Shown here piece by piece: positions 46,474-56,988 of a stretch of 64,000 bases of DNA. Made by a program: the position numbers and the translations under genes. The notes under the pieces are model-generated. The model was given only the letters and a program-made list of their open reading frames with translations. It made no database searches and was not told where the DNA came from. Source of the DNA: Bacteroidales bacterium (lineage in GTDB: Bacteria; Bacteroidota; Bacteroidia; Bacteroidales; UBA10428). The stretch spans positions 6,700 through 70,699 of the forward strand of contig JAFGSZ010000087.1 of the NCBI GenBank assembly GCA_016934395.1, in the 5' to 3' direction. The first letter of the stretch is position 1; each line of letters starts with the position of its first letter.

Positions 46474-47460
46474 TTACTCCATCAAACCATCAAGGGTTTC
46501 GATAGTCCCGTCGGGCCTGTAAGTAATCTCAGCAACCTTAATACTTCTGAGGTGCGTTTGTCCGCCGGATAATTTACTGTCGTGATGGAACAGGTACCAT
46601 TTGCCTTTAAACTCAACAATAGAGTGGTGGCTGGTCCATCCTACAACCGGAGTTAAAACTTTACCCTTGTATGTAAACGGGCCATATGGGTTGTCTGCAA
46701 TAGCATAACAAATAAAATGAGTATTTCCTGTTGAATATGAAAAATAATACTTGCCTTTGTATTTGTGCATCCAGGCAGCTTCAAAAAAGCGTCGATCATG
46801 ATCGCCTGCCAGCAAGGGTTTCCCGTTTTCATCAAGGATGACCAGATCACGGGGATCTTCGGCAAATTCAAGCATATCTGCTGTCATACGGGCAACCTTT
46901 GCACACATTGCGGGTTCGTTATCTGCCGGTTCATTATCATCCGGTTTTGGTCCGTTCGGATTAAACTTACCGGTCCGCCAGCGTTGTAACTGTCCACCCC
47001 ATATTCCGCCAAAGTACATGTAAAATTCTCCGTCGTCATCGCCAAAAACAGCCGGATCGATGCTGAAACTTTTTTTGATTGCCTCGGGCTGAGGTTTAAA
47101 TGGTCCTTTGGGTGATGAGCTGGTAGCAACACCGATACGGAAAATATCATTTTTGTCTTTTGCAGGAAAATAAAAATAATAGGTGCCGTTTTTATACGCT
47201 GCGTCCGGAGCCCACATTTGCCGGCCCACCCATGGAACATCTTTTTTATCAAGAACAACACCATGATCGGTAACTTCACCATCAATACTATCCATTGAAA
47301 ATACGTGATAATCCCTCATATCAAAATGGCTGCCCAGATCATCCTCGGGAACGCCGGCATCGATATCGTGTGAAGGATAAATATATATTTTACCTTCAAA
47401 TACATGTGCCGAAGGATCGGCAGTATAAATGTGCTTTACTAAGTGCCTGGTTTTTGTCAT
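46474..47460 (-). CDS. GH43 xylosidase/arabinosidase (Bacteroides Xsa-like, single domain)
   Basis: 328 aa. Motifs: YTADPSAHVFEGKIYIYPSHD, DYHVFSM, GRQMWAPDAAYKNGTYYFYFP, DIFRIGVATS, YMYFGGIWGGQLQRW. Confidence 0.9.
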   Translation of the reverse strand: MTKTRHLVKHIYTADPSAHVFEGKIYIYPSHDIDAGVPEDDLGSHFDMRDYHVFSMDSIDGEVTDHGVVLDKKDVPWVGRQMWAPDAAYKNGTYYFYFPAKDKNDIFRIGVATSSSPKGPFKPQPEAIKKSFSIDPAVFGDDDGEFYMYFGGIWGGQLQRWRTGKFNPNGPKPDDNEPADNEPAMCAKVARMTADMLEFAEDPRDLVILDENGKPLLAGDHDRRFFEAAWMHKYKGKYYFSYSTGNTHFICYAIADNPYGPFTYKGKVLTPVVGWTSHHSIVEFKGKWYLFHHDSKLSGGQTHLRSIKVAEITYRPDGTIETLDGLME

Positions 47461-47583
47461 TGTATTTCTTTTTTATTGGTTTTTATTACTGTTTGGATGT
47501 CAAATATAACGATTCTCAAAAAAGCAACAAACATAAAAATCCATAAAAAATACAGTTAATAGTATTCCTCACTCGAAAGTGTT

Positions 47584-47627
47584 TATTTGATTATAACCGG
47601 AATAAATTTTAATTTTATTCAAATTCC
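47584..47627. repeat. 44-nt direct repeat, left copy
   Basis: TATTTGATTATAACCGGAATAAATTTTAATTTTATTCAAATTCC matches 48318..48361 at 43 of 44 positions. Confidence 0.9.
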
Positions 47628-47637
47628 AACTTCATTA

Positions 47638-48296
47638 GCGCGCATCTGCGATGCGTGCTGAATTTATTAGAAAATTAAGATGGTTATGTTAGGCAATAAA
47701 CAATAAATAGAACCTCATTAAATGTCTCACAGATATAAAGTAAAAAATCCTCAGGGAATTTATTTTGTTACAATCACGGTTGTCGATTGGGTCGATTTAT
47801 TTATACGACCGGTCTATAAGCATGTCCTTATTGATTCTTTGAAATTTTGCATGGAAAATAAAGGACTTGTCGTATATGCTTATGTTATTATGACAAGTCA
47901 CATACACCTTATTGTTTGTAGTAATGAAAAAAATTCCCTGGAAAACATTATTCGCGATTTTAAAAAGCTCACTTCGAAGAAATTAATAGAAGCGATCAAT
48001 GAAAATAATGAAAGTAGAAAACAGTGGCTTCTTAAAAAATTCGAATTTGCTGCGAACAGAATTAAACGGGGAGAAAAATTTAGAATATGGAAAGATGGTT
48101 TTCATCCTATTGAAATGTTTGACCGTGAAATATTGGAGCAAAAGTTAAATTATATTCATGAGAATCCGGTTATTAATGAAATTGTTGAAAGAGAAGAAGA
48201 CTATAAATATTCATCTGCAATTTCATATGCAGGGGGTATTGGTCAATTAGAAGTTACTATTATTGAGTAAATTCCACACGCATCGCAGATGCGCGC
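47638..48296 (+). mobile_element. REP-RAYT-REP unit
   Basis: GCGCGCATCTGCGATGCGTG (47638..47657) and its exact reverse complement CACGCATCGCAGATGCGCGC (48277..48296) bracket the RAYT gene. Each copy can fold as a hairpin (CGCATC-tgc-GATGCG core). The similarity extends imperfectly about 13 nt inward on each side. Confidence 0.8.
47722..48270 (+). CDS. REP-associated tyrosine transposase (IS200/IS605 Y1-family, RAYT)
   Basis: 182 aa. HUH motif (MTSHIHLIV) and a catalytic-Tyr region (LNYIHENPV). Its size and flanking inverted REPs are typical of RAYTs. Confidence 0.85.
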   Translation: MSHRYKVKNPQGIYFVTITVVDWVDLFIRPVYKHVLIDSLKFCMENKGLVVYAYVIMTSHIHLIVCSNEKNSLENIIRDFKKLTSKKLIEAINENNESRKQWLLKKFEFAANRIKRGEKFRIWKDGFHPIEMFDREILEQKLNYIHENPVINEIVEREEDYKYSSAISYAGGIGQLEVTIIE

Positions 48297-48317
48297 GATA
48301 TAATCGTCACAGGCATA

Positions 48318-48361
48318 TATTTGCTTATAACCGGAATAAATTTTAATTTTATTCAAATTCC
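48318..48361. repeat. 44-nt direct repeat, right copy
   Basis: TATTTGCTTATAACCGGAATAAATTTTAATTTTATTCAAATTCC. See 47584..47627. Confidence 0.9.
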
Positions 48362-48413
48362 CGTTAAGTATTATGTTTTTCCTGATGTTTAACAATACTT
48401 AAACCAAGCTGAT

Positions 48414-49232
48414 ATGAAACGAAGAACCTTTATTCAGACTTTTATTTTAAGTTCAGGTTACATTCTAATGAATCCAGGGAAACTAAAAGGGATACATTCA
48501 GACAATAACACTCTTTCGGTATCCATGATATACAATAATTATAAGGGATCCAGTGACCTGAAAAATGCCTGGGGATTGTCCATCTGGATTGAGGATGCTG
48601 ATAATGCTACCTTACTGGACACTGGTGGAGATGCATCTATAATGTGGGAAAATATCGAGCACACCGGTATTAACCTGAACAAATTATCAAACATTATTAT
48701 TTCTCATAATCACTGGGACCATATTAATGGCCTGGCTACTATCCTGGAAAAAACAAATAATAAACCGAAGGTTTATGTGGTAAAAAATGATATCAATTTG
48801 TATATAAATAAATATCCGGATGCCAACATCAATGCAGTTTCTTATGTGCATGAAATCTATCCCAATCAATGGTCTACCGGACCATTAAAAGGCACTGTAA
48901 TGTTAGGGGATATCTATGAACAATCTTTAATATTAATTCAAAATAATTCTTTATTTCTTCTTACCGGTTGCTCCCACCCCGGAATTGTGAAAATTGTAGA
49001 AACTGCCAAAGAAAAATTTCCTGATAAACAAATTAAACTGGTGGCCGGAGGTTTTCATTTAATAAATAAATCGGAAAAAGAAGTCAAAGAAATTTCTGCT
49101 GAATTAAAAACCATGGAGGTGCTGAATATAGCTCCTTCGCATTGCACCGGAGATTTTGCTATAAAAATATTTAAAGAAGACTGGGGCGAAAAATTTGTGG
49201 ATTTTAACCTGGGTGATGAAATGGAAATTTAA
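48414..49232 (+). CDS. MBL-fold metallo-hydrolase with Tat-like signal
   Basis: 272 aa. Signal [15 protein letters not shown] and the HxHxDH motif ([12 protein letters not shown]). Confidence 0.8.
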   Translation: MKRRTFIQTFILSSGYILMNPGKLKGIHSDNNTLSVSMIYNNYKGSSDLKNAWGLSIWIEDADNATLLDTGGDASIMWENIEHTGINLNKLSNIIISHNHWDHINGLATILEKTNNKPKVYVVKNDINLYINKYPDANINAVSYVHEIYPNQWSTGPLKGTVMLGDIYEQSLILIQNNSLFLLTGCSHPGIVKIVETAKEKFPDKQIKLVAGGFHLINKSEKEVKEISAELKTMEVLNIAPSHCTGDFAIKIFKEDWGEKFVDFNLGDEMEI

Positions 49233-49261
49233 AAAACAATCAACAAATAAACCAATACATT

Positions 49262-50752
49262 ATGAACAACACTATAAAATTTCTTGCTTTTATTTTAATT
49301 GCTGTATTTGCAGTTTCATGCAATACAACCCCCAACCTGGGCATATTTGAGGAAAACGGTGATATCGGCAATGTTAAGCATGCCGGATCAGTAAAGTTCG
49401 ATCCTTCCGACAGTACATATACCGTATCAGGTGGCGGAACCAACATGTGGTACAAAAATGATGAACTGTTTTATGTATGGAAAAAAATGTCGGGCGATGT
49501 TTCGATTGCCGCCACCATAGATTGGATTGGCACAAGCGTCGAACCACACAGAAAAGCCTGCCTGATAATCCGCCAAAGTCTGGATACCTCCTCAGCGTAT
49601 GCAGATGCAGCGGTACATGGAGACGGGCTTACATCAATCCAATACAGGGAAATTGAAGGGGAAATTACACGGGAGGTACAATCCAGCATTTCAGCGCCAA
49701 AAAGAGTACGTATAGAAAAAGAAGGCGATTATATTTCCATGTCCGTGGATTATGGCGATGGAGAGCTCCGTTCATCAGGCGGCACGTTTAAGCTCACCTT
49801 CACAGAACCTTTTTATGTGGGCCTGGGGGTTTGTTCACATAACAACGACACTATAGAGACAGCCAAATTTTCTGACGTTGTAATTGAAACTCTCGTTTCA
49901 AAACCGGATTCTTTAAAAGTTGTAGAAAGCACATTGGAAACTATTCCTATTGCTTCTTTCGACAGAAGGGTCATATATCATACTCAAGATCATATTGAAG
50001 CGCCAAACTGGTCACCAGATGGCAAAACTCTAGTATATAACAGTAGCGGACTTCTTTACAAAATCCCTGTTGAGGGCGGCAAACCCGAATTGATCCCCAC
50101 AGATTTTGCAAAAAAGATTAACAACGATCATGGTATATCACCAGATGGTAGACAAATCGTAATCAGCGACCAGACTGAAACAGGTAAATCGATAATTTAC
50201 ACGATTCCCTTTGAAGGCGGAACTCCCAAAAGGATTACAGAATCCGGCCCGTCATACTGGCACGGATGGTCTCCTGATGGTAAGACCCTGGCTTATTGTG
50301 CAGAGCGTAACGGTAACTACGATATTTATACTATTCCGGTAAAAGGCGGTAAAGAAACCAGGCTCACTACAGCAGAAGGACTGGATGACGGTCCGGATTA
50401 TTCTCCAGACGGAAAATACATCTATTTTAATTCTGTCCGCTCAGGCACCATGCAGATCTGGAGAATGAAAACAGACGGTACCGGACAGGAACAAATTACC
50501 ACCGATAAATACAACGACTGGTTTGCCCATCCCTCACCTGATGGTAAATGGATCGCTTATGTAACCTTCGGTACAGACGTGCCTGCCGATTCGCACCCGC
50601 CCAACAAAGATGTTATGTTGCGATTGATGAACCTTGAAACAGGAGACATACAGATTATGGCAAAACTGTTCGGCGGACAGGGTACCATTAATGTACCTTC
50701 ATGGTCGCCCGATAGTGAGAGGCTGGCATTTGTGAGTTACCGGTTGAAATAA
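49262..50752 (+). CDS. lipoprotein with N-terminal jelly-roll domain and TolB-like (PD40) beta-propeller
   Basis: 496 aa. Lipobox (VFAVSC). Repeated PD40-type motifs: [80 protein letters not shown]. Confidence 0.8.
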   Translation: MNNTIKFLAFILIAVFAVSCNTTPNLGIFEENGDIGNVKHAGSVKFDPSDSTYTVSGGGTNMWYKNDELFYVWKKMSGDVSIAATIDWIGTSVEPHRKACLIIRQSLDTSSAYADAAVHGDGLTSIQYREIEGEITREVQSSISAPKRVRIEKEGDYISMSVDYGDGELRSSGGTFKLTFTEPFYVGLGVCSHNNDTIETAKFSDVVIETLVSKPDSLKVVESTLETIPIASFDRRVIYHTQDHIEAPNWSPDGKTLVYNSSGLLYKIPVEGGKPELIPTDFAKKINNDHGISPDGRQIVISDQTETGKSIIYTIPFEGGTPKRITESGPSYWHGWSPDGKTLAYCAERNGNYDIYTIPVKGGKETRLTTAEGLDDGPDYSPDGKYIYFNSVRSGTMQIWRMKTDGTGQEQITTDKYNDWFAHPSPDGKWIAYVTFGTDVPADSHPPNKDVMLRLMNLETGDIQIMAKLFGGQGTINVPSWSPDSERLAFVSYRLK

Positions 50753-50770
50753 AAGAAATCAATTTAATAC

Positions 50771-50801
50771 AGCACACATTGTTGTTAATGCGTGCTTTTT
50801 T
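50771..50801 (+). terminator. intrinsic terminator built on a REP-like hairpin
   Basis: AGCACACAT-tgttgtta-ATGCGTGCT followed by T6, 19 nt after the stop of the 49262 gene. Its 3' arm ATGCGTGC is identical to the REP arm. Confidence 0.65.
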
Positions 50802-51015
50802 ATGTGTTTTAACTCCCCGGGGTGTTATAAGAAATTTCAGCACCTATCCTCTTTTCCCGGAAAAAATACGCTATGTTAACCCATGGGAAAAAAAGAGCTG
50901 AATAACGATTTATCTGAAAATTTACGTCAATATGTCCCCCATAAAAAATAAATTATATGGATATTTTTGTTTTAATGTATGAAAGCAAATATGCAAACTA
51001 AAATTTTAGAATTAC

Positions 51016-52104
51016 ATGAAACAATTTTTTAAAAAAACCTGCACACTGTTAATTATTAGTTTTTTATTCAGTAACCTTCAGTCCCAAATTCTTAATCATT
51101 CATGGGGGAAAATTGTGCATACAAAAGATGAAGCCTGGTTTGCCACTGATGAAGCCAAAAGAATTGCCGATAATGTGTTACTCTACCAGCGCAATATAGG
51201 CGGTTGGCCAAAAAATATCCAGATGCAGGATTCTCTTACTGAGGTTGAAAAACAGAAACTACGTGAACTAAAAGCAGTTCCTGAAGGGGCCACCACCGAT
51301 AACGGGGCCACAATCCTGGAAATGACATATCTTTCAAAAATGTACAAACAGGTTCCCGATGAACGGTATAAAAAGGCATTTCTTCTTGCATTAAACTATC
51401 TGCTCGATGCACAATACGAAAATGGAGGGTGGCCACAATATTATCCTCTGCATAAAGGATATTACACTCATATAACATTCAACGACAATTCCATGGTGAA
51501 CATCATGAACGTATTAAGCGAAATATTTAATAAAACCGAATATTTCTCCATTGTACCTGATGAAAATACCATAAACAGGTCGAAAAAAGCTTTTAATAAA
51601 GGCATTGAATGTATTCTAAAAACACAGTATATACAAAACGGAGTGCTTACCGGCTGGTGTGCCCAGCACGATGAACGCACACTGCTTCCCGCAAAAGCCC
51701 GTTCATATGAATTACCTTCACTTAGCGGACAGGAATCGGCGGGTATAGTGCTGCTGCTTATGTCGTTGGATAATCCGACACCGCAGGTAAAAAATGCAAT
51801 ACATAGCGCTGTGGCCTGGTTTGAAAAAACAAAAATTACAGGATTGCGCCAGGAGCGTTATTTTACAGAAACCGGCGTACATGAAAAACGCCTGGTGCCC
51901 GATCCTTTGGCGCCTCCCTTGTGGGCCCGCTTTATGGAACTGGAAGATAATACGCCTTTCTTTTGTGACCGCGATGGAATTAAAAAAGCTACGATGTTTG
52001 AAATTGGCCGGGAACGCCGCAACGGTTATGGCTGGTACTCCGAACAACCACAGAAAGTACTTGAAAAATATCCGGCCTGGAAAGCAAAGTGGGACAACAA
52101 TTAA
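51016..52104 (+). CDS. pectate lyase, PelA/Pel-15E (PL10) type
   Basis: 362 aa with a signal peptide. Motifs: RIADNVLLYQRNIGGWPKN, TTDNGAT, YENGGWPQYYPL, ITFNDNSM. Confidence 0.8.
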   Translation: MKQFFKKTCTLLIISFLFSNLQSQILNHSWGKIVHTKDEAWFATDEAKRIADNVLLYQRNIGGWPKNIQMQDSLTEVEKQKLRELKAVPEGATTDNGATILEMTYLSKMYKQVPDERYKKAFLLALNYLLDAQYENGGWPQYYPLHKGYYTHITFNDNSMVNIMNVLSEIFNKTEYFSIVPDENTINRSKKAFNKGIECILKTQYIQNGVLTGWCAQHDERTLLPAKARSYELPSLSGQESAGIVLLLMSLDNPTPQVKNAIHSAVAWFEKTKITGLRQERYFTETGVHEKRLVPDPLAPPLWARFMELEDNTPFFCDRDGIKKATMFEIGRERRNGYGWYSEQPQKVLEKYPAWKAKWDNN

Positions 52105-52380
52105 AAAATATAACTTATAAAAACACGGTCAGAAGTATAGTTTCCTGAGCAGTACACATGCCGTAAGGAAGGTAGTTCTGCGAAAATACGACAGACTTAA
52201 AAATAATGTACACGGTGATCATTTGCTTATCACAAGAAATAATTTTATATTTATTAGAAGTTGTAATAACAATATTATTAAATGGGTTAATCTACTATTA
52301 AATCAAACGTTCTCTGTTTTAGCATCAATAATAAACTTCATATTTATCGTTTTTTGTTTAATGCTTAAAATAAGGTATTT

Positions 52381-52755
52381 ATGAATAAAAAATTCCACTA
52401 TGAATTCGATCCTGCCACGGGTATTCTTTTTAAGTATTATTATGGTGTAATCTCCATCGAAGACCTTTCATCATCCTGGGAATATGCATTTGAAAAAAAA
52501 TTAATTCCAAAAGAAGTTAAAGGTTTTATTTTGGATTACCGTAAGGCAACATTCAATATAAAAGCTAATGAATACAAGGAAATACCAAAGTTTTATAAAA
52601 AACACATCGATATATTCAGAAACTTTAAAATAGCCATTATTACACAAGATCCAAAAGACGTTGTAATCCCGATGTTAGTTAAAACCGAGGATGACGGATA
52701 TTTCTCAAGGCCCTTTAGTACAATAGAGGCGGCTGTTGAATGGGTTTTAAGTTGA
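52381..52755 (+). CDS. hypothetical protein (124 aa)
   Basis: An ORF with clean flanks and coding-like composition. I recognise no motif. Confidence 0.5.
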   Translation: MNKKFHYEFDPATGILFKYYYGVISIEDLSSSWEYAFEKKLIPKEVKGFILDYRKATFNIKANEYKEIPKFYKKHIDIFRNFKIAIITQDPKDVVIPMLVKTEDDGYFSRPFSTIEAAVEWVLS

Positions 52756-52927
52756 GTAAAAAAGAAAAACGCTATAAAAACAAAAAGATTATTGCTAAAT
52801 AATCGTAATAAGTTAGTCTTCGCTACTGCAAAGCAATATCCTATTTAGAACAGTTCAATTTTACCATTATAAAAAAAATAGTATATTGCATACCTGCATT
52901 TTTTAATCCAAAAACACCCTATCCGCT

Positions 52928-54094
52928 ATGAAAAATCGTGATAATTACAGAAGCCCTTTGACATGGCAGGCTGTTTTATTATTCTGTTTTTCTTTTTTTT
53001 TATTTACGCAATGTAAAAATCCACAGGCTGAAAAACTTCAAACACCTGAACTCTTTGCCAGTCTGCCCGAATATTGTGCAACACCCGATGGTTTTGCAAT
53101 AGATAATGATGGGAACCTGATTGTGGCCTGCCCGAATTATGCCAACCAGTCGAAACCGGCATGCCTGTTGAAAATTACCAAAGACCTTGAAATACAGAAG
53201 TGGATAGACGTTCCGCCACTGGAAGAAACCGGTGTGGCTTGTCCTATGGGCATCACGTTTGGCCCTGATAATAGTCTTTATATATGCGATAACCAGGGAT
53301 GGACCGGAAGTAAAGAAGGCCAGTTTAAAGGCAGGGTCTTACGGTTGAAATTTAAAGAGAACCTGCCGGACACTACGATAGTGGTTGCCGAAGGAATGGA
53401 ACATCCAAACGGGGTGCGGGTTTTTGGTGATTATATTTATGTAACCCAAAGCCTGATGACCCGGGTGGAAGATACTTCCGGTTTCCTTGTAAGCGCTGTG
53501 TATCGTTTTGGATTAGACGACCGGAATATTCTGGTTACCAACACACTGGCAGACACAAACATCATCGCTACTTTTATTACAGAAAACCCCTTTTGCCAGT
53601 ATGGCGCCGACGGCCTGGTATTCGACAGTAAAGGGAACCTTTATGTAGGCAACTTCTGCGATGGCAAACTGCATAAAATTTCATTCGATGCCGAAGGAAA
53701 CGTAACCGGTACTTCGGTATTTGCCCAAACCGATTTAGACTATACCCTTGACCCGTCATCTCCCGGCTTTTTGGATAAGGCAACCAAAGCTATTATGCGC
53801 ACCACAGACGGAATCTGTATCGACAGTCTGGATAATATTTATGTAGCTGATTTTTCAAACAACGCACTGGTAGCTGTTTCCCCGGAAGGGAAAATGATTG
53901 TAATTTCCCAAAACGGGGATACCGATGGCTTTAACGGGCAACTTGACCAGCCGGGTGAACCGATTATATGGAACGAAAAAATTGTAATTTCGAACTTCGA
54001 TATTGTTTTCGGGCCCGACAAAGTAAACACACAGAATGAATCCCCGGCAACACTGTCGGCCATTAATACTAATCTGAATTTATTCAATAAATAA
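52928..54094 (+). CDS. six-bladed beta-propeller lipoprotein, SMP-30/gluconolactonase/LRE-like
   Basis: 388 aa. Lipobox (FLFTQC). Repeated blade motifs: PDGFAIDNDGNLIVA, PMGITFGPDNSLYICD, PNGVRVFGDYIYV, ADGLVFDSKGNLYVGN, TDGICIDSLDNIYVAD. Confidence 0.7.
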   Translation: MKNRDNYRSPLTWQAVLLFCFSFFLFTQCKNPQAEKLQTPELFASLPEYCATPDGFAIDNDGNLIVACPNYANQSKPACLLKITKDLEIQKWIDVPPLEETGVACPMGITFGPDNSLYICDNQGWTGSKEGQFKGRVLRLKFKENLPDTTIVVAEGMEHPNGVRVFGDYIYVTQSLMTRVEDTSGFLVSAVYRFGLDDRNILVTNTLADTNIIATFITENPFCQYGADGLVFDSKGNLYVGNFCDGKLHKISFDAEGNVTGTSVFAQTDLDYTLDPSSPGFLDKATKAIMRTTDGICIDSLDNIYVADFSNNALVAVSPEGKMIVISQNGDTDGFNGQLDQPGEPIIWNEKIVISNFDIVFGPDKVNTQNESPATLSAINTNLNLFNK

Positions 54095-54136
54095 ACCAAC
54101 TAACTCTATTATTAACCTAACTAAAAAAGAAATCAA

Positions 54137-55162
54137 ATGATTATCGGTTTAGGATGGATTTTACTGGCTTCAATTTTTCTGGGCACATTTGCCTTTCCTG
54201 AAAAATTTATTAAAAACTTTACCTGGGAAAATACCTGGGGCGCTTTTTTCTTTTTCGCGATGTTTGTTGTTCCCGTGGCTTTTGGTTTTTCCATATTAAA
54301 AGGCTTATTGCCTACCTACAGTCAGATACCGGGAAACGTAATATTCGGTGTTATGTCTCTTGGCTTTTTGTGGGGAGCAGGATTTTGTATGTGGGGCTAC
54401 GGACTTTCCAAACTGGGGTTGTCCCTCGGTTATGCCCTTACTATGGGAACCATGGCGCTTTGCGGTTCCATGCTGCCCTTTTTCCTGGGAAGCGCTGATA
54501 AGGCAACCACTCCGGGCGGAATGCTGGTAATTGCCGGCATACTTGTTTGTATTGTCGGGGTTGCCATTAATGGTATTGCGGGCATGAAAAGAGAAAACGC
54601 TGCAAAATCAGCTTCAGGCCAGAGAAAGGATAACAGTACCTTAATCGGAGTAATTATCTGTGTTCTGGCCGGTTTGTTCTCCTCAGGCTGTAACATCGCC
54701 TTTCACATTGGCGGCAGTATAGGTAAAATTGACAGCATCTCCGTAAACAAGTATGGTAATCCTGCCTGGCTCGGAGGCCTGGCCATCTGGGTGCTTATAT
54801 TTCTTGGCGGCCTCATATCCAGTTTCGGATATACTTCTTACCTGTTAACATGGAGACGTACCTGGAAAAACTTTTTCCGTAATGCCGCTGTTCCCGGTCT
54901 TTCCCTGGCTCTGCTGATGGGTTTACTGCATTTTGCCTGCCTGTTTTTTTATGGCGTGGGTGGATGGAAACTCGGAGTTTTAGGTACTTCCGTTGGATTT
55001 GCTATATTCCAGTCTGGCTCCATATTAGTCGGCAATTTATTGGGATTCCGAAGCGGGGAATGGAAAAATGCTCCTGCAGTAAGTAAAAGATGGCTGGCAA
55101 CCGGACTCATAGTTCTGATCTCCGGTATTGTAATCGTTTCCATAGGAAATTATATTATTTAA
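54137..55162 (+). CDS. RhaT-family sugar:proton symporter
   Basis: 341 aa with about 10 TM segments. The N-terminal pattern F.FP.KF.K.F.WE..W and the GFLWGAGF.MWGYG region parallel E. coli RhaT. Confidence 0.75.
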   Translation: MIIGLGWILLASIFLGTFAFPEKFIKNFTWENTWGAFFFFAMFVVPVAFGFSILKGLLPTYSQIPGNVIFGVMSLGFLWGAGFCMWGYGLSKLGLSLGYALTMGTMALCGSMLPFFLGSADKATTPGGMLVIAGILVCIVGVAINGIAGMKRENAAKSASGQRKDNSTLIGVIICVLAGLFSSGCNIAFHIGGSIGKIDSISVNKYGNPAWLGGLAIWVLIFLGGLISSFGYTSYLLTWRRTWKNFFRNAAVPGLSLALLMGLLHFACLFFYGVGGWKLGVLGTSVGFAIFQSGSILVGNLLGFRSGEWKNAPAVSKRWLATGLIVLISGIVIVSIGNYII

Positions 55163-55170
55163 TAGTTTAG

Positions 55171-56694
55171 ATGGGTAGATATTTATTAGCGCACGATTTG
55201 GGTACCAGCGGAAATAAAGCCACTCTGTATACCAGGGATGGTAAACTGGTGGCCAGTAAAACATATCCCTATCCAACAAATTTTTTTAACGGGAACTGGG
55301 CCGAGCAAGACCCGGAAGACTGGTGGAAAGCTATTTGTGAATCCACCAAAATGTTATTAAAAAATATCGAACCTACCGAAATTGCTGTTGTTGCTCTAAG
55401 CGGCCAAATGATGGGCTGCACTATCGTGGATAAATCGGGGAATGCGCTGCGTCCTTCCATTTTGTATTGCGACCAGCGGGCATCGGTTCAGGCTGAAAAT
55501 ATTCTGAATAAGATTGAACAAAAGGCCTTTTATGGTATTGTTGGCCATCGTGTCAGCCCTTCTTATACGCTGGAGAAGCTGATGTGGCTTCGCGATAATG
55601 AGCCTGAAAATTATAAAAAAACGCACAAAACTCTTTGCGCCAAGGATTATATTAATTTTCGCCTTACCGGTGAAATGGCCACCGACTTTTCGGATGCATC
55701 CGGTACAAACGCTTTCGACTTAAATACATTTCAATGGTCGGAAAAATTAATCGATATTGCCGGGGTTGACGGGGAGATGTTCCCGAAAGCACAGGAATCA
55801 ACCACCATTATTGGTGAAATAACCAAAAAGGCGGCAGAGGAAACCGGGCTTAGAGCCGGAACACCTGTTGCCACAGGCGGTGGTGATGGCAGTTGTGCCG
55901 GTGTTGGAGTAGGCTGCATTAAGCCGGGAACCGCTTATAATTACCTGGGATCATCAAGCTGGGTAGCTCTCACCGTAAAAGAACCTATTGTTGACCCGCA
56001 AATGCGCACCATGAACTGGGCCCATTGTGTTCCGGGGTATCTGCATCCCTCAGGGACTATGCAGACTGCAGGCTCAAGCCACAACTGGCTGAAAAATACA
56101 CTGTGCTTTGAAGAAATTCAGGAAGCGGCCAAAAAAGGGGTGAGCCCGTATGCTTTAATTGATGAATCGATTAAAAAATCACCAGTTGGCGCAAACGGAA
56201 TTCTATTTTTGCCTTATATGCTCGGGGAACGTACACCCTGGTGGAACCCCAACGCACGGGGCGCTTTTATTGGTCTTAATCTGACTTCAAAACGTGAAGA
56301 TATGCTGCGGGCAGTTTTAGAAGGGATAACCCTAAATCTTGGCTATATTGTAAATATCTTCAGACAGCATGTACCTATTGATAACATTACTGTAATCGGC
56401 GGCGGCGCCCAAAGCGCCCTGTGGCGACAGATGATGGCCGATATATACAACTGCAGGGTACAGTCACTTAACTTTCTGGAAGAAGCCACATCCATGGGAG
56501 CGGCTGTAATCGGCGGAGTTGCTGCCGGGCTTTTCCCGGATTTTGAAGTAATTCACCGTTTTATTGCTGTTAATCATGTTGCCGAAGCCAATCCAAAAAA
56601 CACGGCTGTTTATGAAAAAATGATGCCTGTGTTTGAACAGAGCTATCTGGCGCTGGTAAATGTATATGAACAATTGGCAACTTTGCAGGAATAA
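55171..56694 (+). CDS. FGGY-family carbohydrate kinase (xylulokinase-like)
   Basis: 507 aa. Motifs: LAHDLGTSGNKATL, AEQDPEDWW, GGGDGSCAGVGVG, VIGGGAQSALWRQMMADI. Confidence 0.85.
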   Translation: MGRYLLAHDLGTSGNKATLYTRDGKLVASKTYPYPTNFFNGNWAEQDPEDWWKAICESTKMLLKNIEPTEIAVVALSGQMMGCTIVDKSGNALRPSILYCDQRASVQAENILNKIEQKAFYGIVGHRVSPSYTLEKLMWLRDNEPENYKKTHKTLCAKDYINFRLTGEMATDFSDASGTNAFDLNTFQWSEKLIDIAGVDGEMFPKAQESTTIIGEITKKAAEETGLRAGTPVATGGGDGSCAGVGVGCIKPGTAYNYLGSSSWVALTVKEPIVDPQMRTMNWAHCVPGYLHPSGTMQTAGSSHNWLKNTLCFEEIQEAAKKGVSPYALIDESIKKSPVGANGILFLPYMLGERTPWWNPNARGAFIGLNLTSKREDMLRAVLEGITLNLGYIVNIFRQHVPIDNITVIGGGAQSALWRQMMADIYNCRVQSLNFLEEATSMGAAVIGGVAAGLFPDFEVIHRFIAVNHVAEANPKNTAVYEKMMPVFEQSYLALVNVYEQLATLQE

Positions 56695-56885
56695 AGAGTT
56701 TTATATTTATAACCATTAATGTCCGGTTAAAATATTTATATTTCCTGAAAGCATTGTATTTATTACGTCCCTAAGTGACTTTAAAATTATTTGGGCTATT
56801 TATAATTTCTGCCGATATTTGGTTTTTAACGAAACTGTACTGTATGGACTAAATTTCGGTAGAATGTTGGTCATGAAAATTCCAT

Positions 56886-56951
56886 TGTCCCGTAAGGGAC
56901 AAAATATGTGTAGAATAATAGAATTCAAAAATTAAAAGTCCCGTTAGGGAC
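56886..56951. promoter_or_regulatory. pair of GTCCC-N4-GGGAC palindromes
   Basis: TGTCCCGTAAGGGACA (56886..56901) and GTCCCGTTAGGGAC (56938..56951). Both are preceded by AAAATT-N4-5. A degenerate third copy, GTCCCTAAGTGAC, lies at 56767..56779. All three sit in the 294-nt gap upstream of the gene starting at 56989. Confidence 0.35.
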
Positions 56952-56988
56952 GATATATCATAAAACAAATTAAAATTTTAGCTTTATA

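Noticed and set aside
52991-53001. Homopolymer tracts as phase-variation switches: T9 inside the signal peptide of the 52928 gene, T8 and A8 near the 5' end of the 60192 gene, and T9 at 5176..5184.
   Set aside because: The tracts are short. They encode Phe/Lys runs typical of AT-rich signal peptides and N-termini, and I see no evidence of length variation or alternative frames.
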